A stretch of 38,420 nucleotides of DNA from Nitrospinaceae bacterium (GTDB lineage Bacteria > Nitrospinota > Nitrospinia > Nitrospinales > VA-1), in contig JBHHVU010000029.1 in assembly GCA_046754465.1 (NCBI GenBank), positions 1-38,420 of the forward strand. Reading direction: 5' to 3'. Of the stretch, positions 1-7,343 are shown piece by piece; the first letter of the stretch is position 1, and every line of letters begins with the position of its first letter. Made by a program: the position numbers and the translations under genes. The notes under the pieces were generated by a model that did not search any database, was not told where the DNA came from, and was given only the letters and a program-made list of their open reading frames with translations.

Positions 1-33
1 CTATCTCCCCGGCTAAACCGCCTATGGAACTGG

Positions 34-54
34 GTCCGCCATATAACCCATGTC
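34..54 (+). repeat. Copy of dispersed motif GTCCGCCATATAAC(C/G)CATGTC
   Basis: 20/21 identical to 38312-38332; the core GTCYGCCATATAA recurs at 38408-38420. Confidence 0.75.
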
Positions 55-84
55 AAATCGCCCGCCGCCCTTGGCGGCCCGCTG

Positions 85-1203
85 CTATTGGTTGAGCTGG
101 GCGACGAGTTGCGCCCGGGTTTGTACGCCGAGTTTCCTGTGGATGCTTTTTACGTGGTTTTTTACCGTGTTCGGGCTGATGAATAACCGGTCGGCAATCT
201 CCCGGTCATCGATGCCTTCTCGGATGAGGATGCAAATATCCATTTCCCGGCCGCTTAATCCCGCCTCCTGCATCAGTCGGTTCAATTCAAAATACGGGGT
301 CAGGGCAGGTTTCATCCGCAATAGCCACGGTTCAGGGGTCCCGAAGGTGTTGTCTTTCAGCCGGACGAGGTGCAACCGGAAATCTCCTTGGGGGAGGGAA
401 ATAAAAGGAATGTCTATTTTCGCGTCGGTGAGATCGAACGGCGGATCGTATTTGGTGATTTCCCTTTCAATCGTCTGGAAGATTTCCTTGGGAAGCTTTG
501 GACCCGATTGCCATGGAACCATTTCCTTGAAAGCCCGATTGCTGAAGAAGATTTGGCCATTTTCCTGGACCAGGGCGATGGGTGTGGGCGATTCCGCCAG
601 CTCGCCCGCCAGGGATCGGAATTTAGTCAACTCCTCTGTCAGCATGATGGTTTTGATGCTCTGTAAAAAATGGGGCCGGAGCAGTTCAAAGACTCGAATA
701 TCCCGGACGGTCCACGGCGTGACAAAGGGTGTGAGCCGGTGAACCGCATACCCGACATTGGTGTCCGGCAGGTCGATCGTGGCAATGGCCCCTTCGATTC
801 GTTTTAGATAGGGGCTTGTACCCAGCTTGTATTGTGGATTTTCCGTGAAAAAAAGATCGATGCTACCCGTGGTCTCTTTCCGGTAATGGTCCCGGTCAAA
901 GGCCATGACCGGGCGGCACCGGGACATGATCTGTTTCCCCACAAAATCATAGGACAGGTAAGTATTGATACATTTCACATCGGAATCAGGGATATTCACC
1001 GCATCGATGATCCGGGGTTGGGTAAAGTCATTATCCGTCCAGGCGGTGAACCCGCTTTGAGCATCGAGCAGGGGGAGCACTAAGGCTTGAAAGGCTTTTT
1101 TCAGGTCTTTACGGGTCAGGCATTGATGCAGCCGTGGGATAATCTCCAGGATCGCGAGGTAATCCTTTTCCGGAAGGGATACAGAGGATTGATCATCGGC
1201 CAT
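85..1203 (-). CDS. LuxR-family transcriptional regulator with long N-terminal sensor (GAF/PAS-like) region
   Basis: C-terminal LSGREMDICILIREGIDDREIADRLFISPNTVKNHVKSIHRKLGVQTRAQL is a typical LuxR HTH; 372 aa. Confidence 0.9.
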   Translation of the reverse strand: MADDQSSVSLPEKDYLAILEIIPRLHQCLTRKDLKKAFQALVLPLLDAQSGFTAWTDNDFTQPRIIDAVNIPDSDVKCINTYLSYDFVGKQIMSRCRPVMAFDRDHYRKETTGSIDLFFTENPQYKLGTSPYLKRIEGAIATIDLPDTNVGYAVHRLTPFVTPWTVRDIRVFELLRPHFLQSIKTIMLTEELTKFRSLAGELAESPTPIALVQENGQIFFSNRAFKEMVPWQSGPKLPKEIFQTIEREITKYDPPFDLTDAKIDIPFISLPQGDFRLHLVRLKDNTFGTPEPWLLRMKPALTPYFELNRLMQEAGLSGREMDICILIREGIDDREIADRLFISPNTVKNHVKSIHRKLGVQTRAQLVAQLNQ

Positions 1204-1348
1204 TTATCCATCCTCAGGCACAGAAAATAGAAGGGATTGTATCCTTAGGTCGCACGGGACGATGAAATATAACAAATTTCTTTAATTTTTCCAGAATTTA
1301 GTGGAATATTAGATCTTCCGAAATGGGAATTTTCACCAGGAGGAAAAA

Positions 1349-1708
1349 TTGAGCACTCAGGGATTGTTGGTGGAGGTCAAGAAACATATTCCCTTCCGGG
1401 TTTACGGTAAGGGACCCGTGCTGGAGCTTTGGAAGGAACTGGGACAGTTCATCGATAAGAAAACCCCGCTCCAGGTTACCGATGCCTTCCGGTCGGACCA
1501 GTCCGGGGAGATCGTCTGCGAAGTCGCGCTGGAAGGCAAAGGAAAGATTTCCGCCGCGCTGACCAACCTCAAGCTCGATATCACGCACCCACTATACCGG
1601 AAAGTCAAAAATTACCGGACCGAGGTTGTGCAGGATCTGACGAAGCGGGAACTGGACGTCAACCGCTCATCCTTCAAGGTCGGAGATTTGTATCGCAGGA
1701 CAAAATAA
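1349..1708 (+). CDS. Hypothetical protein (119 aa)
   Basis: TTG start preceded by AGGAGG RBS; protein-like composition; no recognised motif. Confidence 0.7.
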   Translation: MSTQGLLVEVKKHIPFRVYGKGPVLELWKELGQFIDKKTPLQVTDAFRSDQSGEIVCEVALEGKGKISAALTNLKLDITHPLYRKVKNYRTEVVQDLTKRELDVNRSSFKVGDLYRRTK

Positions 1709-1736
1709 GAACGTTTTGTCCTCCCAAAATCATAGG

Positions 1737-1823
1737 ACGTGAATATTGGGTCCAGCGGTACGCTGGCCGAACGTGAATATTGAGTCCGGAGTTACCCCGG
1801 CTGAGTTCAGGGTCACCCTGGTT
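1737..1823. repeat. Two 34-bp tandem units plus a third partial unit, each forming a hairpin
   Basis: 1737-1770 and 1771-1804 are 27/34 identical; third hairpin at 1802-1823; stem substitutions are compensatory. Confidence 0.75.
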
Positions 1824-3156
1824 CGGTGTTGATGAATTTTTTCAGGAAGGGAAACATTGCGCCGCGTTTAGTGATCATTTCTTCACGTGATTTCTTAACC
1901 ACAGCCTCGTCGATGATGGCGATGGAGCGTTCTTCCGCGAACTTTTCGATGCCTTTCACCACCATTCCCCGCGCGAAGGAAGGAATGCGGTCGAGCCGTT
2001 TTTTCGCCTCCGGGGTCCACTGGCAGCGATACTCCACTTCCAGGCCCAGGGTGTCCTCGATTTTCAAGGTGATTTCCTTGCCGCCGTATTTTCCCGGTTC
2101 GTAATCGCAGGAGGGGTCCGGTGCCATGTAATTTCCCGTTTCGGCAAAAGCCCGGGCCCGGCACCCGGAGCACATGGAGGAAAACTCGCAGGTTCCGCAT
2201 TTCCCCTCGAGGTTTTTACGGTCGCGGAGTTCCCGCATGAGGGGGGCGTTCGTCCAGAGGTCCTTGAAGGTGGAGGTTTTCAGGTTGCCCACCGATTCGG
2301 CGATGAAGGGGCAGGGAGTGAGGTTGCCCTCTGGGGAGATCCGGCTGTAATGCGTGGCGGCGGGGCAACCGCCGGAATAGGTCCGGGTATAGACCGAATC
2401 GGGGTCGTTTTCGTAAACCACCCGTTTGTATTGCGGGGCGCATTTGGAGTTGATCATCAGTCGCCCCTTGTACTTCATCTGTTGCTCATAAAGGGTTTTG
2501 AGCGCTTCCTCGTAGGCGGCGTTGGAGATATCGGTGTTACCCTGTCCGCGGCCCGTGCAGACGAGGAAATACAGGTTGAATGCCACCGCCCCGGCTTTTT
2601 CCGCGAAAGCCACCACCTCCGGGATTTCCTTGTAATTCATATCGGACACCGACATCTGGATGAGAAAATCGATCCCCACCTCGTTCAGGACCTTGAAGGC
2701 TTCCATGGAGTGCTCCCAGGCTTTTTCCACTCCGCGGAACTTATTGTGCTTGGCGGGGTCCATCGAGTCGATACTGATCCCCACCCCGTGGGCTCCAGCG
2801 TTTTTAATCTTGACGGCGTTGGCGCGATTGATCAGGGTGCCGTTGGTTCCCAGGACCACCATGAATTTCCTGTCGGCGGCGTAGCGGATGATGTCGTAAA
2901 TGTCCGGCCTCAGGAGGGGTTCCCCGCCCGTCAGGATCAGGAACGCGTTGGAGTTGACCTCGGCGATCTGGTCGATGACGCGGAAACATTCGTCCGTGTT
3001 CAGTTCGTCGGTGCGCAATCCGCCGCGGAAATCCGCGTCAAGGTAACAATGCGCACAATTGAGGTTGCACCTTTTGGTCAGATTCCAGGAGATGGAATAA
3101 GCCCTGAAATCCATTTTGGCGGGACTCATTTCCAGGCCCGTTGCTTGCGTATCCAT
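1813..3156 (-). CDS. Radical SAM/SPASM protein, AhbD/NirJ-like (heme biosynthesis family), with C-terminal PCP_red-like domain
   Basis: WNLTKRCNLNCAHCY CxxxCxxC, TGGEPLLRPD, SPASM CGTCEFSSMCSGCRARA...DPSC; tail WTPEAKKRLDRIPSFARGMVVKGIEKFA. Confidence 0.85.
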   Translation of the reverse strand: MDTQATGLEMSPAKMDFRAYSISWNLTKRCNLNCAHCYLDADFRGGLRTDELNTDECFRVIDQIAEVNSNAFLILTGGEPLLRPDIYDIIRYAADRKFMVVLGTNGTLINRANAVKIKNAGAHGVGISIDSMDPAKHNKFRGVEKAWEHSMEAFKVLNEVGIDFLIQMSVSDMNYKEIPEVVAFAEKAGAVAFNLYFLVCTGRGQGNTDISNAAYEEALKTLYEQQMKYKGRLMINSKCAPQYKRVVYENDPDSVYTRTYSGGCPAATHYSRISPEGNLTPCPFIAESVGNLKTSTFKDLWTNAPLMRELRDRKNLEGKCGTCEFSSMCSGCRARAFAETGNYMAPDPSCDYEPGKYGGKEITLKIEDTLGLEVEYRCQWTPEAKKRLDRIPSFARGMVVKGIEKFAEERSIAIIDEAVVKKSREEMITKRGAMFPFLKKFINTEPG

Positions 3157-3303
3157 GATAAATTGTAAACCGGGTGATTTAAGCCATTAAACAATCAAGA
3201 ACCCCGGGGAACAGGCCCTGACAGGACCTTTAAAAGCGGAAGGGGTTCAAACTCTCGGAAAACCGCGTTCTACGCGATTGTCCATCATATAAGGTTTTCA
3301 GGG

Positions 3304-4146
3304 GTGAAACAAATGTTTTGCGGGAATCCCGCGATAAAGGCCCTTATTTTTTTGACCGTTGTCCTGATTTCAGGACCCGGGGTATCCGGGGAGCCGCCGG
3401 TTTATACGATTTGGGGTCCCGCTACGCCCTCTTCGGCCGGAAGCAGCCGGACATTCTCTCTCGCGGAGTTGGAAGCCCTGGGAACGGAGGAGGTGGGAAG
3501 CCCCTACTTCGACCGGGCGATGAATTACCGGGGGTCACGATTCCGCGTGATTTCCTTTTCCCGGCTGGTGGACCGATTCGACCCGGCCGGAACCGGTAAC
3601 GCGGTCCTGCTGAATTGTTTCGACGATTATCAGGGAATCCTGACCGTGGCGGACATCCGCCGCTACCGCCTTCGCCTGGCGACACGGATCAAGCTGCGGC
3701 CCGGCTACAAAAAACCTGGCTGGTTGAATCCCCTCCTGGTCATTGTCCCCGAGGGAAGCCGGGCGCCCTTTCAGGAACGGTTCATGACGGCGAACATCCG
3801 GGAACTGAGGTTCGTGGATCTCGAGGAGTATTACGCCCCCCTGCGGAAAATCGGTACCTCCTCCCCTCAAGTGCGGGAAGGGATGGAAGCCTTTAAAAAT
3901 AACTGCCTGTTCTGCCATTCCCTGAACGGGGTGGGTGGGAACAAAGGAATCCGGTTGCCCGGGACCTACGATTTTTCCCGGTCCGCCGCGTGGGAACGGT
4001 TCCAAAAGGATTTCGCCGCCTTCCACCATAAGGATCATCCGAACAAGCAGAACGTGGACCAGTTTGTTTCGGATGAAGAGTTGAGGGCCATCGTCCAATT
4101 TCTCGGGCGGCTCGCGGAAACCCGGTCCTCACCGCCGCACGATTGA
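3304..4146 (+). CDS. Exported monoheme c-type cytochrome with an additional N-terminal domain
   Basis: Hydrophobic N-terminal signal; single CxxCH (CLFCH) in the C-terminal domain; start codon uncertain (3304 GTG or 3313 ATG). Confidence 0.75.
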   Translation: MKQMFCGNPAIKALIFLTVVLISGPGVSGEPPVYTIWGPATPSSAGSSRTFSLAELEALGTEEVGSPYFDRAMNYRGSRFRVISFSRLVDRFDPAGTGNAVLLNCFDDYQGILTVADIRRYRLRLATRIKLRPGYKKPGWLNPLLVIVPEGSRAPFQERFMTANIRELRFVDLEEYYAPLRKIGTSSPQVREGMEAFKNNCLFCHSLNGVGGNKGIRLPGTYDFSRSAAWERFQKDFAAFHHKDHPNKQNVDQFVSDEELRAIVQFLGRLAETRSSPPHD

Positions 4147-4256
4147 GGACAAAGAAGGATCATTCAGCCGGGAATTATTGGCAAAACCCCAGGAAGCCCT
4201 GAAAATCATTTGAGTGTGCCGTCCCAACAACCTCCAACGATGATTGGGACAGCGTC

Positions 4257-4526
4257 TTATAAATATTTCGCAATTTTTTTTAATTGATTGATTTTTTTTG
4301 AAATGACTTTTCTGTCCATACTCTCCGTGGCGTCAATGCAATGCTCTATGTGATCCTCAACATATATTTGTTTAGCATTGGAAATAGCATTGGAAACGGC
4401 TTGAAGCTGTTGTGCCACCTCTAAACAGCCTTTCCCCTTTTCGATCATTTCAACCACCTTCTGTAAATGGCCTGAGGCTCTTTTAAGACGGTTGATTATT
4501 TCTGGATGTGTTTCATGTTTATTCAT
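4257..4526 (-). CDS. CsoR/RcnR-family metal-sensing repressor (NreA/NcrB/InrS-like)
   Basis: INRLKRASGHLQKVVEMIE..CLEVAQQLQAV..DHIEHC; candidate ligands H4/H7, C34, H59, C63. Confidence 0.9.
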   Translation of the reverse strand: MNKHETHPEIINRLKRASGHLQKVVEMIEKGKGCLEVAQQLQAVSNAISNAKQIYVEDHIEHCIDATESMDRKVISKKINQLKKIAKYL

Positions 4527-4564
4527 CTTGCAATATCCTATCCCGGGGGTTAGGATATTGCAAG
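4527..4564. promoter_or_regulatory. CsoR/RcnR-type operator that doubles as symmetric divergent sigma70 promoters
   Basis: Perfect IR CTTGCAATATCCTA-[TCCCGGGGGT]-TAGGATATTGCAAG with a central C/G tract; TTGCAA-17bp-TAGGAT on both strands. Confidence 0.85.
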
Positions 4565-4585
4565 GTTTTTAAATTGGGAATCAAA

Positions 4586-4924
4586 ATGCTTCTATTTATT
4601 TCAAAAACAGTAATTGCTGCCCTTCTGATCAGTTTTTCCTCTTGGTTATCAGAAAAACAACCAAACCTTGCTGGTTTCATCGTAGCATTACCCATGGCAA
4701 CTATCATCGTTCTCGTTTTTGCCCACACAGAACATCAAAATCCAGCAACGAGCATTGCCTTTGCCAAAAGCATTTTTGTTGGTGTTCCGATATCTTTATT
4801 ATTTTTTGTTCCCTTTTTACTTGCCGAGAAATTAAACATATCTTTTTGGAGCTGCTATCTTGGAGGGATCGCCTTACTGGTTATTGGATTTTTCTTGCAC
4901 AAAGCTATTTTGACCTTTCTTTAA
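4586..4924 (+). CDS. Small four-TM membrane protein, DUF3147-like
   Basis: MLLFISKTVIAALLISFSSWLSEKQPNLAGFIVALPM pattern; ATG at 4586 after GGGAA; 112 aa; AT-rich. Confidence 0.75.
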   Translation: MLLFISKTVIAALLISFSSWLSEKQPNLAGFIVALPMATIIVLVFAHTEHQNPATSIAFAKSIFVGVPISLLFFVPFLLAEKLNISFWSCYLGGIALLVIGFFLHKAILTFL

Positions 4925-4987
4925 TTCCACTTTGGCCGGATTGTCATTATAACCGGACCGTGAAATCCGTGTGAGACCCTCGCTCCA

Positions 4988-5013
4988 CCCCTCTCCAACG
5001 TGTGGGAGAGGGG
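4988..5013. repeat. GC-rich hairpin (REP-like or terminator) between convergent genes
   Basis: CCCCTCTCC-8 nt-GGAGAGGGG perfect 9-bp stem. Confidence 0.55.
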
Positions 5014-5126
5014 GACAAAAGCGTCCTTCTCACCTGTGGGGAGGACCCGCAGGGTGACGGGCCGGGATGAGGAGCATCCCATGGGGCTTTTGGATTTTCC
5101 TTATACCACGATTCCTGGAGGGCGGG

Positions 5127-5522
5127 CTAAACCGCGGATTTATTTTCTTCCATGACCGACCGGATCGTCTCGAACAAGCTGATTTTGAAACTGTCCTTGC
5201 TTCGGGATTTGGGGAGGAAGGCGTCGGCTCCGCTGCGTTTGGCGTAATTTTTCGCCATGGTGTTGTCAATGGCGGTGACCATGATCACCTTGGTTTGGTG
5301 TCTGGTCTGCCGGTCGCGGTTCCGGATCGCCTTGATGATGGTGATCCCATCGACCTCCGGCATCATCCAGTCCACGAGGACCAGGTTGTAATTTTCATCG
5401 GTGATGGCGGTCAGGATGCCTTCGGCGTCATATATCGCCGTGGTGCTGTATCCGATCTGTTTCAGATAAATTCCCAGCAGATCCAGGAATTCCCGATCGT
5501 CATCGATCGCCAGTGCTTTCAT
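5127..5522 (-). CDS. Single-domain response regulator (CheY-like receiver)
   Basis: ALAIDDD, LVDWMMPEVDG phospho-Asp, VIMVTA, GADAFLPK; GGAGG RBS. Confidence 0.9.
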   Translation of the reverse strand: MKALAIDDDREFLDLLGIYLKQIGYSTTAIYDAEGILTAITDENYNLVLVDWMMPEVDGITIIKAIRNRDRQTRHQTKVIMVTAIDNTMAKNYAKRSGADAFLPKSRSKDSFKISLFETIRSVMEENKSAV

Positions 5523-5645
5523 TTATATTGGCCTCCGCTTTCCGGTTGAAGGGAACCCGCCCGTTTCTAAGTTCCACGTATTTTTCCTCAAATCGATCAG
5601 CATTTTGGGGCGGGGAAATCTGGTTCACGTGGTATGGCGGGAAAA

Positions 5646-5661
5646 TGCAATATGCCTGCCG
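5646..5661 (-). promoter_or_regulatory. Possible sigma54 -24/-12 promoter for the receiver gene
   Basis: Minus strand CGGCAG-GCATA-TTGCA with correct GG-N10-GC spacing, about 125 bp upstream of 5522. Confidence 0.35.
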
Positions 5662-6021
5662 AGGATTTCCAGAACAAACCCTGGCTGGCAAGCCGGGACC
5701 GGAGTTTCCGTAACTATTTGAAAAATAATGGGTATATTCGCAGCTGCCGTAAAATTGCCGCCTGCAAAATCTTGCCCGTTCTTTCTTATCTGGGAAGGTG
5801 CTTGCCCTTCGTCCGGAATAGGGAACAATTCCCAAGAGGGTTTGTGTGGAATTTGTTTCTGATGTTTTGCTTTCCAAGCCTTCCCGGCCATGATATTTTT
5901 AAACCTTGGCTTTTTGAAACAGGAGAGGATTCCCGTTACTCGGGGCCTCTCGGGAAACAACCCTGAAAACGGATGGATCCCATTTTTTTATGAACCCAGG
6001 TTTGGAATTGAGGAAGCCGGA

Positions 6022-6417
6022 ATGAGTTTGGCGGTGGTATTGAGTTTTGGTTTGGGAACGGCGGTGGAGCTTTATCTGCTGAATTGGATCAGTGGTTATA
6101 TCAGCATTGTCAATACCATCAATCTTGTCATGCTGACATTTCTGGTGGGCGTTGTCGTCGGACGCAGTTGGGGAAAGGAATATTTCGAGAAAATGCAATG
6201 GCATTTGAAGTCGCGAACCCTTCCCCCGAACGATGTGTTGAACGGTTCGGTCTTGACCGTGGCCAGTATGCTGCTCATCACGCCCGGGCTGGTGACAGAT
6301 ATGATCGGACTGTTGATTTTGATCCCCATCACACGGGGTATTTTCAAGGAACTTGCCCTGCACCTGGTGAAGAAAAGGATATCCCGCGGGGAGTTGTATT
6401 TTTTCTTCAAAAATTAA
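6022..6417 (+). CDS. fxsA: FxsA-family membrane protein
   Basis: VELYLL...ASMLLITPGLVTDMIGLLILIPITR matches the FxsA PG(F/L)xTDxxG signature; ATG 6022 after GAGG. Confidence 0.8.
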   Translation: MSLAVVLSFGLGTAVELYLLNWISGYISIVNTINLVMLTFLVGVVVGRSWGKEYFEKMQWHLKSRTLPPNDVLNGSVLTVASMLLITPGLVTDMIGLLILIPITRGIFKELALHLVKKRISRGELYFFFKN

Positions 6418-6460
6418 GTCGGCGGCCCTTCCTTTCACATCCCCGGGTTTTTTTCCGATC

Positions 6461-7192
6461 ATGATTTTTTCACCGCCTCCACGAAACCTTCGGGCCGAAC
6501 TCCTCGATCTGGATGAAGCTCCCTACGAGGAAGTGAAAGACAGCCTGAACGACGTGCGCCGGGTCAATCGCTATTTGAGCGGGTACCGGGTTTTGCTCTT
6601 CCGTGCTGCGGAATTCCTGCGCAAGCGGCCGGAGGGTGGCGGTCCGTTGACAATCCTGGATGTGGCGACGGGTTCCGCCGACCAACCCATGGCCCTGGTC
6701 CGGCGGGCGCGCCAATTGGGAATCCCCGTCCGAATCGTGGCCATCGATATCAATTATAAAATGCTGCAATTCGCCACGGAATGCGCCCGCCGCTTTCCGG
6801 AGATTGATCTGGTCCAATGCGATATTCTGGCACTGCCATTTAAGGAAGGCAGTTTTGATCTGGTAGTCAATTCTCTTTCCCTGCATCATTTCAGCTGGGA
6901 AAACGCGGTCGCCATTCTCCGGAACATGTACCGGGTTTGCCGGCGGGGAATCATCGTGAACGACCTGCATCGCAGCCGCGTCGCCCATGCCTCCATATTT
7001 CTTTTGACTCGTCTGCTGACGAAAAACCGCCTGACCCGGTACGATGCCCCGGTATCGGTCATGAATGCCTTCACCCCGTCCGAGATTGGCCGGTTGGCCC
7101 GCGAAGCGGGTATCGAGGATTACGAGGTGCACCGGCACTTTCCTTACCGGATCGCCCTGGTCGGCAAAAAGTCCCATTCCATACAGGAGTGA
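6461..7192 (+). CDS. Class I SAM-dependent methyltransferase
   Basis: TILDVATGSAD motif I, LPFKEGSFDLVVNSLSLHHF, NDLHRS...YDAPVSV. Confidence 0.85.
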   Translation: MIFSPPPRNLRAELLDLDEAPYEEVKDSLNDVRRVNRYLSGYRVLLFRAAEFLRKRPEGGGPLTILDVATGSADQPMALVRRARQLGIPVRIVAIDINYKMLQFATECARRFPEIDLVQCDILALPFKEGSFDLVVNSLSLHHFSWENAVAILRNMYRVCRRGIIVNDLHRSRVAHASIFLLTRLLTKNRLTRYDAPVSVMNAFTPSEIGRLAREAGIEDYEVHRHFPYRIALVGKKSHSIQE

Positions 7193-7343
7193 GAATAGGT
7201 GCCGGTCCAAGTGGCTGTTGACGGCAATAAACCCTATAACGCCTTTCCATCTGCCGGCGCGAATAGCGTGACTTCATGATCTTGCCGGTGTTCATCCTTG
7301 TTTATCCATGGTTCCTCAACGGTGGAAAAAACTCGGGTGTGCA

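Noticed and set aside
41..97. Possible integron attC (ATATAAC...GTTGAGC)
   Set aside because: No complementary L boxes, only AAC/GTT pair, the site overlaps the luxR 3' end, and there is no integrase
2350..3168. 272-aa plus-strand ORF and similar long shadow ORFs (13048-13971, 14100-14954, 17992-18885)
   Set aside because: Antisense to well-supported genes, no motifs; expected from GC-rich codon bias
4508..4585. N-terminal extension of the DUF3147-like ORF
   Set aside because: Would overlap the repressor start and the operator; ATG 4586 fits better
5500..5966. ORFs of 110-125 aa in the receiver-fxsA intergenic region
   Set aside because: Mutually overlapping, no RBS or motif support
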